Assembly (NCBI GenBank): GCA_038747195.1 | Contig: JBCDKA010000001.1 | Location: 139,220 to 203,219, forward strand | Origin: Pseudomonadota bacterium | GTDB lineage: Bacteria > Pseudomonadota > Gammaproteobacteria > Xanthomonadales > SZUA-38 | Direction of reading: 5' to 3' | Length of the DNA: 64,000 nt | Notes under the pieces: model-generated | The model's input: only the letters and a program-made list of their open reading frames with translations | What the model was told of the DNA's origin: nothing | The model's database searches: none | Shown here: in pieces, positions 19,501 to 28,495 of the stretch | How the letters are laid out: the number at the start of each line of letters is the position of its first letter | How positions within the stretch are numbered: position 1 is the stretch's first letter | Made by a program: the position numbers and the translations under genes

Positions 19501-20180
19501 GTGGGATCGTCGGTGTCGCTGACCGCCAGCAGGATTCGTGAGGTGTTGCTGGAATCACCTTCGTCGATGTCCTGCCGTTCCAACGTCAGCACCAGGAAAC
19601 GATTCTCGAACTGATCGAAAAGGACTTTCGGATCAAACGTAAACGTCGGCGGCGAGAGGGGCGAAAAGAAATCCTGGAGTGACTCGCTGCTCACTTCGGA
19701 GCCGGATTTATCGTAGATCGCGATACTGGTGTTGGTGACCGCCACGACGTGGTTCGGGCCCGCTGCCAGGACCGGGTCTGCCGGTATAAACACAAAGCCG
19801 CCCGTGTTGTCAGCGTTGCTGTCGTAGTCCAGCGCTTCGAAGGTGCTGCCCGAAAAGCCTTTCGACTCGACCCCTGGCTGGTTCGCAGGCCAGTCGGGTA
19901 CCTGGCGGTATTTCGGGGTTTTTCGCAGCTGTTTTTGCCGTGGCGGCTCAGCCAGCGTTCGCCCGGGCTGGGCCGTTTTGGCTGGGCCCTCAATACGCGT
20001 AACGCCGACGCTTAAGCGGCTGCTTACGGCGCGATTCCGGTGTGCTTTCGGGCCCGCATCGAGCGGCTGCCCAGGCGGAAACTGGAGAGCGCGACGCTCA
20101 CTTTGGGTCTCGCGAGGCGTGCAGCTGCTGATACTCAGCAGGGTGGGCAGCAGCAGACAGGTAGACAGCAGTTTTTTCAT
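16590..20180 (-). CDS. Large secreted/lipoprotein with five cadherin/Ig-like repeats and a putative Ig domain
   Basis: N-terminal hydrophobic segment ending ISSC; N-domain with PADPVLAAGPNHVV and RWGDY; five N[DQ]PP-initiated repeats; GLPASLTIDPGNGVIAGTP; ends DSLFFSGLEDECL. Confidence 0.85.
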   Translation of the reverse strand: MKKLLSTCLLLPTLLSISSCTPRETQSERRALQFPPGQPLDAGPKAHRNRAVSSRLSVGVTRIEGPAKTAQPGRTLAEPPRQKQLRKTPKYRQVPDWPANQPGVESKGFSGSTFEALDYDSNADNTGGFVFIPADPVLAAGPNHVVAVTNTSIAIYDKSGSEVSSESLQDFFSPLSPPTFTFDPKVLFDQFENRFLVLTLERQDIDEGDSSNTSRILLAVSDTDDPTGSWTVTEINGFETVGGQDHWVDFPGFAVDEEAVYITANLFQFFNQTSGGAFGGTRLFIVEKDVNNGFYDGRSADVTRFNPFTGGGTFAGTHQPAHIFGTPPAGNTGTWLVLQSGLGSGSTEEAQVVQVNSPTGNTSFSFEFVSLGNIDNDPSNPLGNLPQSGSSLDPDAGDRRVLDAVWRDNSLYFTATTRARTGADSGETTAYWAEVNTQTDNLIQLGLLGGEDIANNTETAYAAVAVNDAGVVALGFTSANGSSFLGSHYALHFPGDAAGSNRGSQLLRAGIDAYELTFGGPEVRWGDYSSVALDPNGACFWVYNKHTISRGSGTGGEIGRWGTAAAEVCGNQPPTPVADALTVAEGGTVDRTDSGDNSLLDNDSDPEGDNLDINRNPTTDPGAGTVSIASNGTFDYTHDGSDSSNDLFRYEVCDDGSPVLCAEAQVNVTITEVNDPPIANNDLGPTISEDDDDTISISSLLANDSVGDIGTSQTLDITAVNSEMNGTADLLSSSIRFTPAEDFFGSASFRYTATDDGTTDGANDPLSDTAMVTITVSEVNDPPIAAGETIANLAEDGIYTVPFSLLLANDVPGPTNEAGQQLSVNLAANPAGGSVMLDGSNVVFTAAPDFNGSAGFDYRVVDNGTTAGSANPQTDVTRAQFLVIEVNDPPRPAADTLPDVLEDSAGFTFDASVLVVNDAPGPTNESGQSLTLTGVSDPVGGTVSLDAGMITFTPTPQFSGAAAFSYSVLDDGTSGGQPDPLSAIGTVTFNVVGDNDPPSAGDDTLTVVRGGQAVVLESSAVRLTDNDSDPEQATLSVSAAPVDAPSQGTVTLAADGSFRYEHSASDLTSDSFRYEVCDEGPPVLCATAEVNITVIESPFARCSASGSRGVVGFPIGLPAADLFDNPQGNFAAQGLPASLTIDPGNGVIAGTPVVGDLPNSPYFVTVTSAGAPRFFSLRIDADTDSLFFSGLEDECL

Positions 20181-20318
20181 CAGGGACGACGGTGGTCAAC
20201 AGCAACCGTCATTGTATTTCAGCGGGTGTTTTTGGATGGTTAAACTATGTATCGGCTGGCGCCGCCTGTCTCTGAATCAACCACGCCGGTCCAAAAAGCA
20301 AAAAGGGGTCAGCCTATG

Positions 20319-23300
20319 TCAGTGGAGCGCCGGATCTTGCCACGGGTCGCTGAGCGGGATGATGGCCACGTTGCTGCGATTCCAGTCGCTGTTCGCCAGG
20401 CCGGGATAGCGGGCGGATGAGCTGAAGGTGCCGCTGCGGACGCTATCGAAGCTGAGCGTAAGATCCCCGGCGCTGGTGGATTGTGGCTCAACACGCTCGC
20501 AGTCGGGGCAGAAGCCACTGAAGCTCAGCATCGCGGTGTTCCCTTCTCGGTGATTGTCGCTTTGACCCAGAACCCAGCGGGGTTGACGCTCAGCGTCGTA
20601 GAAATACAGCACCGAAACCCTGACGTCACCCTGGCTGTAGAAGGTTACGCCCCAGCCGCTGTCGTCGGGGTCGTACCAGGTGCCGGTATAGTTGCGCAGC
20701 GTCCGGTCGTTGGACGCAGCGAGAAGCTGGAAGGGCTCGCTGCCGCTGCGCCCGTCCAGGGTCCAGCTGAACTCCGCCCGGCGTGCGTCAACAAAAGCCA
20801 GTGATGCCTGCCCCACAGGCTGACCGGTGGGGTCGCCGGTTGCGCCTCGGGTAAACCGGGAAAGGTCGGCGCTCCAAGACTCGCCATCAAATTCGCCCGC
20901 CGCCTGGTACCAGGTGGGTGTGCCGTCGTCGTTGTAGGTGTACCAGGTAATGAACAGAAAATTGCCCAGGCGCTGCAGATCGAAGCCGTGGCCGCTGCGA
21001 GCGGGGTTGAACCAAAGACCCTGCACCGGCGTGAGAGTCCGGGATGCAGCATCTGCCGGGTTCGAACCGAGCCTGAGCTCTTCGGCATCGGTGAGGCCGT
21101 CATGATCCCGATCGAGACCCAGCCGCTCACCGAGGCCGCTAGAGACCGCAGTAAAGGTGATGGGCGCTGCCGCGCTGGCGCTGGCGCTCAAGTCTCTAAG
21201 CCCAATGGAATCACCTTGCGCAGGGCTGAACTCCAGGCCCTGCTGCACCCAGCTGTTGCCGCTGCCGTGGGCTACCAAATCGATCGCACCGGCGGCTGCC
21301 AGAACCGACAGGGTGTTGAGTTCGGAGGTCGGCGAACCGCCGGTTGAGGTGACCTGACGACCGACTGCGGCATGGGTATCCTGGCTCTGCGGCGCAGTGA
21401 CTGATCCCGGCGAAGGGTCAGGACCAAAATCGGATCCGCTGAAGGCCAGCATGAGCGCGACCAGATCGGCAACGTCCTGATCGGAGTCGAGCTCGAAAGC
21501 CTCGAGCGCCACAAAGCGCGCCAGCGTATCGACGCTGCCGTCGTGCAGAAAGCCAAAGCCGCTGAGGCTCTCGGCGCTTTGCGCGTCCATGCCGACCTTG
21601 TCGTAGAGGTTACGCAGCTGCGCGGTCTTCATGGCGATGTTGGTGTTGCCGTCCACGCTGACGATACCCAGATGATCCTCGCCGTGCGGGCCGTCCGCCA
21701 TCTGCTCACCCCCGGCCTCAACCGCGCCGCCGAGGAGTCGCAGTGGACCGTTCCGGGACATGCCGGTGGGTAGCGTATGGCAGTCCGAGCACTGGAAAGG
21801 CTCGTCCAGACCGCCGGTGGTGTAGAGCAGCAGGCCCCGCTGCGCGTTGCCGTTGGGCAGAGGCTGGTTGGCTGGGCCAAATTTACCCGTGGTGACGTGG
21901 CCGGGGAGCGGCAGGTTGCGAGGCAGCGTATTGTCGAGATTACGGAAAGGATTCGGTGGAAAGGTGATCGTGGCCAGGTGGTCTTCAAAAGCCTGCATGC
22001 CGGCCTCGCTCAGCTCCGCGTCTGCTCCCAGCAGCCCGGTGAAAGCGCCGTTGAACTCTTCCAGGCCGTCACGATCACCACGCCAGTGAAACGGCTCATG
22101 CCCGATGATGTCCTGCAAAGTCTGGGTCATCATGGGGCCCTTCATGGGGTGAAAGTCGGGGCAGGAGTTTCCCTGGACCTCGGTCACGCAGTTCTGATTG
22201 AAGGCCTTCATGTCGCCCGACGGATCACCGAGGTCCCAGGCCAGCCGGTCAGTCCTTCCGTCAACGTGGCAAGACCCGCAGGAAACGTGCCCAAGCCCGG
22301 ACTTCTGTCGGGTGTCGTACAGAAAGCGGCGCCCGTCTCGCATGGCCCGGGGTAGAGGGTTAAAGAGCGCGACGGTGCTAACGCGTCGGCTGGTGGCCAG
22401 CTCGATGACGCTGATCGAGGCCTCGAAGTGATTCCAAACGTAAAGGAGGCCTGCCTCCTCGTTGAGAACTGCCCCGACCGGACCTTCGCCGGTATCGATG
22501 GGGTCACCTACCCGACCACCGTCTGCGTTGATCACAATCAGGTTGCTAGATCCCATGCCGGTGACAAAACCGCGCGTGCCGGCTGCGTTCCAAACGATAC
22601 TGCGTGGATCGCCCAGGGAGCGAAGGCGATTGTCCGCGGTGGTTGTTGACGAGGCATACGTCAGATGAGGATTCAGGTCGCTGACGCTGAGAACCGCGTT
22701 GTCGGTCTCCCGGATCCGCGCCAGGTTTACCCGCAGAAAGCGGCCGTTCAGCAGCGGCTCAAACCGCACTTCGTTGGTAGCGTCAGTGCCGACGACCGTG
22801 ATCTCGCCGCTGGCAGGATTCACCGCAAGCGCCATGTTGATATTCATCAGGGCGGTCACGTAGCTGACTTCGAGGCTGCCTGCGTCAATGACGGCGACAT
22901 CCCGGTCGGGTAGATCCCAACCGTCAATCCGACCCGACTGATTGGCCTGGAAGCCGCTGACGAAGCGCGTCCAGTCACCGCCGATGTCGTCAAGCCAGAC
23001 ACCGTCACCGTTTTTCTTCACGATCGTGCCCACCTGTGGTGGTGGGGGCAGCAGTGGATTAAGGGCGGGACTGAAGCCGGTGCCGGCATTGGGCGCCGGT
23101 GATTCGCCTCCGCTCGGCGTATTGGTCTGCCGGGTGACGTTGGGGGGAAAGGAGATCGTGCCGAGCGATTCGGCGCCACCGCCAAGGACCGTACTCCCGT
23201 TGCCGGACTCAAAGATCGCCGCATAGACTTTGCTGCCATCCGGACTGACCGCGAGGCTCCTTGGGTCCTCGGCGCTAAGGTTGATACGTTCGGGCGGCTG

Positions 23301-23795
23301 CGACAGGTCCTGCACGTTGTAAACCAAGATGGTGTTGGCCTGTGAGCAGCTCACAAACGCGCGCAGCGGATCCCCGGTAAAGACGATGTCGAAGGGTTCA
23401 TCGTCGGTCTGCAGCGTGGCGGTCACCTGACGGCCAGCCAGATCGACCACGCTGACGGTGTCCGAGATGTGGTTGACGACCCACGCCTCATTGTTGCTGC
23501 GAAAACGAACGGACACGGGATCAACGCCGACCACCACGTGTCCGGCAGCGACCGGCAGGCCCTCGCTGACGTCGAACAGCTGCAGCCGATTGTCAGCGGT
23601 ATGGGCGACGGCCAGCAGCGTGCCGTCAGGACTGCTGTCCATGGGGTGAACCGGGTGGTTTTCCCAGTTGACGAATGGGATGTCCGCGCCGGGGCTGGTT
23701 TCCTGCGCGAGGCCATTCGTTGCGATCCAAAGAGCAGCAAGCAGCGCTGTGGTCCGTTTGGCAGTCAACATGCGTGTGTAACGGCGGTCAGCCAT
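20319..23795 (-). CDS. Secreted YVTN/YncE-type beta-propeller fused to a di-heme cytochrome c region and a tandem WxxPxxSG domain
   Basis: AAGGAG RBS before ATG 23795; signal peptide; propeller blades (VGVDPVSV, WVVNHISDTVSVVDL, TDDEP); CGSCH and CSDCH; GLWFNPARSGHG and GTWYDPDDSGWG. Confidence 0.85.
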   Translation of the reverse strand: MADRRYTRMLTAKRTTALLAALWIATNGLAQETSPGADIPFVNWENHPVHPMDSSPDGTLLAVAHTADNRLQLFDVSEGLPVAAGHVVVGVDPVSVRFRSNNEAWVVNHISDTVSVVDLAGRQVTATLQTDDEPFDIVFTGDPLRAFVSCSQANTILVYNVQDLSQPPERINLSAEDPRSLAVSPDGSKVYAAIFESGNGSTVLGGGAESLGTISFPPNVTRQTNTPSGGESPAPNAGTGFSPALNPLLPPPPQVGTIVKKNGDGVWLDDIGGDWTRFVSGFQANQSGRIDGWDLPDRDVAVIDAGSLEVSYVTALMNINMALAVNPASGEITVVGTDATNEVRFEPLLNGRFLRVNLARIRETDNAVLSVSDLNPHLTYASSTTTADNRLRSLGDPRSIVWNAAGTRGFVTGMGSSNLIVINADGGRVGDPIDTGEGPVGAVLNEEAGLLYVWNHFEASISVIELATSRRVSTVALFNPLPRAMRDGRRFLYDTRQKSGLGHVSCGSCHVDGRTDRLAWDLGDPSGDMKAFNQNCVTEVQGNSCPDFHPMKGPMMTQTLQDIIGHEPFHWRGDRDGLEEFNGAFTGLLGADAELSEAGMQAFEDHLATITFPPNPFRNLDNTLPRNLPLPGHVTTGKFGPANQPLPNGNAQRGLLLYTTGGLDEPFQCSDCHTLPTGMSRNGPLRLLGGAVEAGGEQMADGPHGEDHLGIVSVDGNTNIAMKTAQLRNLYDKVGMDAQSAESLSGFGFLHDGSVDTLARFVALEAFELDSDQDVADLVALMLAFSGSDFGPDPSPGSVTAPQSQDTHAAVGRQVTSTGGSPTSELNTLSVLAAAGAIDLVAHGSGNSWVQQGLEFSPAQGDSIGLRDLSASASAAAPITFTAVSSGLGERLGLDRDHDGLTDAEELRLGSNPADAASRTLTPVQGLWFNPARSGHGFDLQRLGNFLFITWYTYNDDGTPTWYQAAGEFDGESWSADLSRFTRGATGDPTGQPVGQASLAFVDARRAEFSWTLDGRSGSEPFQLLAASNDRTLRNYTGTWYDPDDSGWGVTFYSQGDVRVSVLYFYDAERQPRWVLGQSDNHREGNTAMLSFSGFCPDCERVEPQSTSAGDLTLSFDSVRSGTFSSSARYPGLANSDWNRSNVAIIPLSDPWQDPALH

Positions 23796-23818
23796 TGTGG
23801 ACTCCTTCAGCGAATCGC

Positions 23819-24406
23819 TCAGCCGTGTTTCCCGGCATCCCAGCCGGTCTGCCCGATCGTGTCGGCGGCCACCTTGCCCGGCAGCTCTTCCAGTTCGGTG
23901 GCCATCGTGTCGTTCCATCGGTTCAAGTAGCCAAAAAGAGAAATGGTTGCCACCAGCTCGACGATCTCGGCTTCACTGAAGTGTTCCGCGGCGCGAGCAA
24001 AATCGGCGTCGGTGGCGTCGTTGGGTACCAGCGACCCTTTCAGCGCGAGATTCAGCGCCGCCCGCTCAGTGTCGCTGAACAGATCGCTTTCTTCGTATGA
24101 CCAGACGTTGGCGATCTTCTCCGCTGACGCCTGGTAGATGTGAGAAAGGTTGGCCATGTGGGCCTGACAATAGCGGCAGCCGGCCGCCTGCGAGGCAATC
24201 AGGCTGCACAGCATCTTCAGCTCTTCGCTGACGCTTCCCTCGTAGAGCACCGCCTGATTCAGCGCCATAAACGCCTCGGCAATGGCGGGCCGTCGCGCCA
24301 TTGTGCGAATGCTGTTGGGCACAAAACCTCGGGTGTTGCGGTAATGATCAAAGCGCTCTTTGAACTGCGGGGTCTGATCGAACGGAAGCGGATCCATGTG
24401 CGGCAT
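23819..24406 (-). CDS. AhpD/carboxymuconolactone decarboxylase-family protein
   Basis: GFVPNS, CRYCQAH CxxC motif, FGYLNRWND; GGAG RBS. Confidence 0.88.
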   Translation of the reverse strand: MPHMDPLPFDQTPQFKERFDHYRNTRGFVPNSIRTMARRPAIAEAFMALNQAVLYEGSVSEELKMLCSLIASQAAGCRYCQAHMANLSHIYQASAEKIANVWSYEESDLFSDTERAALNLALKGSLVPNDATDADFARAAEHFSEAEIVELVATISLFGYLNRWNDTMATELEELPGKVAADTIGQTGWDAGKHG

Positions 24407-24477
24407 AGCAATATCTCCAGGTTGACGATCGTTGTTGCCGGCTCGTTGGCGAACCGAAAGTATTTTTTGCGCGCGGG

Positions 24478-24945
24478 TCAGGCGGCCTGATCGGACCCGC
24501 TCAAGGCCAGCTCGAGTTCGCGCAGCATCTCCAGCAGGCTGGCTAGACGCCGGCGGCCGAAGCGCTCTTCCAGTTCGCTATAGATCGCTTCGGAATGCGG
24601 GGCAATCTCCTTGAACAACGCCCGGCCTTTTGCGCTCAGGCTAATGGCGGAGCGCCGCTGATCGCTCTCAACCGGGCTGCGTTCGATCAGGCTCGACTGC
24701 TGCAGGTACTGCAGGATGCGGCTCACGCTTGGCCCGAGCAGAATTGCGCGTTCGGCCAGCTCGGTGACTTCGATGCTGGGATGCTGGGCCAGGACTCGGA
24801 TCACCCGCCACTGCTGCTCAGTCAGGTCGTGTTCCCGGAGCATCGGGCGAAAGCGGTTCATGGCGCACTCCCGAGCCCGCAGGAGTGCCAACGGCAGCGA
24901 AGACTCCAGCCCTCGCATGGGGCGTGTAGGGTTTTTGTGAGCCAC
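24478..24945 (-). CDS. hpaR: MarR-family homoprotocatechuate pathway regulator HpaR
   Basis: SLPLALLRARE..M..FRPML..HDLTEQQWRVIRVL, DQRR; start uncertain (GTG 24945 or ATG 24918). Confidence 0.85.
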   Translation of the reverse strand: MAHKNPTRPMRGLESSLPLALLRARECAMNRFRPMLREHDLTEQQWRVIRVLAQHPSIEVTELAERAILLGPSVSRILQYLQQSSLIERSPVESDQRRSAISLSAKGRALFKEIAPHSEAIYSELEERFGRRRLASLLEMLRELELALSGSDQAA

Positions 24946-25085
24946 GACCGGAGGTTAGCAGTAATGCTGAATGCGCGCATCCGGGCTCGGCGCCGCCGGA
25001 CAGTCGCCGGCAATCGATTTGACGAGTCCCGGCTGGCGCGCTTAGCTTGTCGTTGATTCCGCGCGGAAACGAGTAGGTCCAAGCC

Positions 25086-25475
25086 ATGCATCAAGTTGTT
25101 GAGTATTCCGCCAACATCGAGGCACAGCTGGATATTCAGGAGCTGGTCAATGTCCTGCACCAGGCGGCCGCCGACTGTGGGGTCTTCCCGCTCGCCGGGA
25201 TCCGAACCCGCGCTGAGCGGCGCGACTGCTACCGCATTGCCGACGGGCATCCTGACAACGCGTTCATCAACGTCTACGCGAGGATTGGGCCTCGCCCGTC
25301 CTCAGAGCGGAAGCAGGCCCAGGATTTTATCTTCGATCGGCTGCAGGCCTTTCTCGCGCCGATTTACGAGTCGACGCCGCTGGCCGTGTCGATGGAAATG
25401 ACGGAGCTTCCGGAGGATCGGGAAAAAACGGGCAATATTCGCAAGTATCTGGCGCAGCGCGGCGTCCAGAGCTGA
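25086..25475 (+). CDS. 5-carboxymethyl-2-hydroxymuconate isomerase-like protein (HpcD/HpaF family) lacking Pro-1
   Basis: EYSAN, GVFPLAGIRTRA, IADGHPDNAFI; divergent from hpaR; begins MHQVV rather than MPH. Confidence 0.85.
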   Translation: MHQVVEYSANIEAQLDIQELVNVLHQAAADCGVFPLAGIRTRAERRDCYRIADGHPDNAFINVYARIGPRPSSERKQAQDFIFDRLQAFLAPIYESTPLAVSMEMTELPEDREKTGNIRKYLAQRGVQS

Positions 25476-25504
25476 CGCCAGGATGGCACTGTCGTCGTGA
25501 TCGC

Positions 25505-26830
25505 TCAGGGCGCCTGAAACTGCTTCTTCAACCCTCGCCACACCTCCCAATAGTCCCGCTGCCGCTCGGACGCCGCCATCGCCTGCGCAGTCGGCCGCAT
25601 CAGGTAGCGGGACTCGAACATAAACGCCATCGTGTCAGCGAGAAATTCGGGTTTGAGGTCAGCCTCGCCGGCTTTAGTAAACGCTTCCGCATCCGGGCCG
25701 TGTGGCGCCATGCAGTTGTGCAGACTGGCGCCGCCCGGCACAAACCCACCTGACGTCTTGGCGTCGTAGACGCCGGTGATCAGTCCCATAAACTCCGACA
25801 TGATGTTGCGGTGAAACCACGGTGGCCTGAAGGTGTCCTCCATCACCAGCCAGCGTGGCGCAAAGGCAACAAAATCGACGTTGGCGGTGCCGGGTGTGTC
25901 GGACTGGGAAGTGAGCACGGTGAAGATGGATGGATCGGGATGATCAAAGCTGATCGACCCGATAACGTTGAACCGGCGCAGGTCGTAGCGGTACGGCGTC
26001 AAGTTGCCGTGCCAGGCCACCACGTCAAGCGGCGAGTGCTCGGTTTGGCAAACGTAAAGCTGCCCGTCCATCTTGCACACCGTCTCGTAGCTGCCGTTGC
26101 GCTCCTCAAAGGCCGCAACCGGTGCCTGAAAGTCTCGACTGTTGGCCAACCCGTCAGAGCCGATCGGACCGCGCTCCGGGAGCTCAAGCGGCGCACCGTA
26201 GTTCTCACACACGTAGCCTTGGCTGGGCCCGTCCGGCAGCTCCACGCGAAACTTGATGCCCCGGGGGATCACCGCCACAAACTGTGGCGGTACCTCCAGC
26301 ACGCCGCACTCGGTGTGAAGCATCAGCGTGCCGGATTGTGGTACCACCAGCAGCTCACCGTCAGCGTTATAGAAAAAGCGGTTGGTCATCGATTGGTTGG
26401 CAAGATACAGGTGAATCCCGGCGCCGCACTGGGCGTGGGCATCACCGCAGGCCGCCATGGTGAAAAGACCGTCGATGAAGTCTTTGGGCGCTTCCGGCAC
26501 CTCGAAAGGTGACCAACGCAGCGGATCGGGCGGCGTTGCCCCGGCGCCCAGCGGGCCGGTTGCGAGGGACGGGTGTTCCAACGGCTGAAAGCCGCCATGG
26601 CGGACGCTCGGTCTCAGGCGGTAGAACCAGCTGCGCAGGTTGGTGGCCCGGGGCGCGGTGAAGGCACTCCCGCTGAACTTCTCCGCATAGAGCCCAAACG
26701 GGACTTTCTGTGGTGAATTTCGGCCCTGCGGCAGTGCACCTTCGATCGCCTCGGTGGCGTGATGGTTGCCAAAGCCGGTAAGGTACTTCAGCGATGATCG
26801 CTCCTGCTGCGTGTCTGGATTCCCGCTCAT
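25505..26830 (-). CDS. hmgA: Homogentisate 1,2-dioxygenase
   Basis: [68 protein letters not shown]. Confidence 0.97.
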   Translation of the reverse strand: MSGNPDTQQERSSLKYLTGFGNHHATEAIEGALPQGRNSPQKVPFGLYAEKFSGSAFTAPRATNLRSWFYRLRPSVRHGGFQPLEHPSLATGPLGAGATPPDPLRWSPFEVPEAPKDFIDGLFTMAACGDAHAQCGAGIHLYLANQSMTNRFFYNADGELLVVPQSGTLMLHTECGVLEVPPQFVAVIPRGIKFRVELPDGPSQGYVCENYGAPLELPERGPIGSDGLANSRDFQAPVAAFEERNGSYETVCKMDGQLYVCQTEHSPLDVVAWHGNLTPYRYDLRRFNVIGSISFDHPDPSIFTVLTSQSDTPGTANVDFVAFAPRWLVMEDTFRPPWFHRNIMSEFMGLITGVYDAKTSGGFVPGGASLHNCMAPHGPDAEAFTKAGEADLKPEFLADTMAFMFESRYLMRPTAQAMAASERQRDYWEVWRGLKKQFQAP

Positions 26831-26944
26831 GGGATCACTCGTAAAGGTGGCAGAAGCAGGATCATAACCGCATGTTTGCGGGCAAAGAAGACGGCCCGCC
26901 GGTGTGGTTCGGGCAACCTATTCGAAGCGGTGACAATAAGGACC

Positions 26945-28495
26945 ATGGATCCTCAGCATCAGCAGCTGCAACAGCGTGCAGCACAACTCATGAGCATGGG
27001 CAACGTCAGCGGTGCCGGCGAGCTGCTTCAAGAAATGATTAGCCGCTATCCACAGGACTGGCTGTCGGCGGTGCAGCTGGCGGAAATCTATCAGTCTCAG
27101 CAGCGTTTCGACGCCGCGCTGAAGCTTGTTGATCAAGCCTTGGCCATCCAGCCCGACAACGCCAAGCTGATCGCCAAGTACGGCCTGATCGCCCAGCAGG
27201 CCGGCCAGCCGCGTCTGGCGGTGGACGCTTATCAGCGTGCGCTCCGGCGCGCACCGTCCCAGTTTGCCCACCTTCACTTCAACCTGGGCAATAGCTTCTA
27301 CGCCCTAGGAGACTTTGAGTCGGCTGCTCAAAGCTATGAGACGTTTCTCGCGGGCAAGCCGGATCACGTCAACGCGCGCAGCAACCTCGCGATGGCGCTG
27401 GAGCGACTGTTTCGCTTTGACGACGCGGCCGCCCAATGGGAATCGCTCAACGAAGCTGAGCCCCACGAGTCGCGCTGGGCTGTCCTGCGTGCGGCGTTGG
27501 AGCTGAAGCGTGAGAGTCTCGAGGCCGCCGATCAGGCGCTGGAAATCGCTGCGACGCGCGGAGCTGACGATGAGACCTATTTGCTCAATCTTGCTTCCCT
27601 GCGTTTCGAGCAAGGTCGTCATCAGGAGTCTCTTCAGGTCCTCGATCGGCTGGCGGCTAAGACGGGTGGGGCGCCGCAGGACCCGGGCGCCCAGCGGCTG
27701 CGCTTTCTCAACGACTTCCAGGCGGGCCACTACCCCAGCTGCCTGGATCAGGCGGATCAACTGGTTGCCGGATCGAACCGGGAAACCGCGATGATCGTGC
27801 TGTCGCTCCTGCCCCAGGTCTGGCTCGAGTCAGGCGAGGGGGAACGGGCCAGGGAAGCGCAGCGATTCTCTGAGCTGGTTCAGCGGTCGCGTCCTTCGCT
27901 TGATCCAGTGATTTTTCCTGCGCTGGAGGAGCAGATTCTGTGTCATCCGAGTCTCGAGTTTGAGCCGGTGACCACGTCGACCCACAACGGTAGTCAGACT
28001 CAGTCGCTGCTGGTGCCCGGCAGCAGCGAGATCGATGCGCTGCTGGCTCAGCTGCGCTCGGCCGCCGTCGCCCAGGCGAGTCTCATTCGCCGGACCGACA
28101 CGCGCTATGGTTCGCTGCTGCCCGAGTCGGGCCGAATCAAGATGTGGGCGGTGACGCTTTCAAGCGGGGGATTTCAGGGTTCGCACATGCATCCTCACGG
28201 GGTGATCAGCGGTGTGTTCTACCTGAAGGTGCCCGTCGGTGATAACCCGGATGAAGGGGCGCTGGAGCTGGGTTTTCCGGAGCCAAAGTTTCAGCTGAGT
28301 ACGCCGCCGCTTACCTCGCTGCAGCGCGTAGTCACCGGCGACCTCGTGTTGTTCCCGTCCTGGTATTTCCACCGGACGCTCCCGTTCTCCTCAGAAGAGC
28401 GGCGGATCAGTATCGCTTTTGACGTGGTGCCGCCTGACAGCCCGGAGTGGCATGACCCAGGGCTGTCCGACGTTTTCAGTCTAACCGCGTCCTAA
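26945..28495 (+). CDS. TPR-repeat protein with C-terminal putative 2OG-Fe(II) oxygenase domain
   Basis: TPRs (HFNLGNSFY, ARSNLAMAL); GGFQGSHMHPHGVISGVFY, LVLFPSWYFHRT, RISIAFD; AAGGA before ATG. Confidence 0.85.
   Translation: MDPQHQQLQQRAAQLMSMGNVSGAGELLQEMISRYPQDWLSAVQLAEIYQSQQRFDAALKLVDQALAIQPDNAKLIAKYGLIAQQAGQPRLAVDAYQRALRRAPSQFAHLHFNLGNSFYALGDFESAAQSYETFLAGKPDHVNARSNLAMALERLFRFDDAAAQWESLNEAEPHESRWAVLRAALELKRESLEAADQALEIAATRGADDETYLLNLASLRFEQGRHQESLQVLDRLAAKTGGAPQDPGAQRLRFLNDFQAGHYPSCLDQADQLVAGSNRETAMIVLSLLPQVWLESGEGERAREAQRFSELVQRSRPSLDPVIFPALEEQILCHPSLEFEPVTTSTHNGSQTQSLLVPGSSEIDALLAQLRSAAVAQASLIRRTDTRYGSLLPESGRIKMWAVTLSSGGFQGSHMHPHGVISGVFYLKVPVGDNPDEGALELGFPEPKFQLSTPPLTSLQRVVTGDLVLFPSWYFHRTLPFSSEERRISIAFDVVPPDSPEWHDPGLSDVFSLTAS

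Noticed and set aside
23796..23918. N-terminal extension of the 1199 aa ORF
   Set aside because: Overlaps the AhpD-like gene; a strong RBS supports ATG 23795
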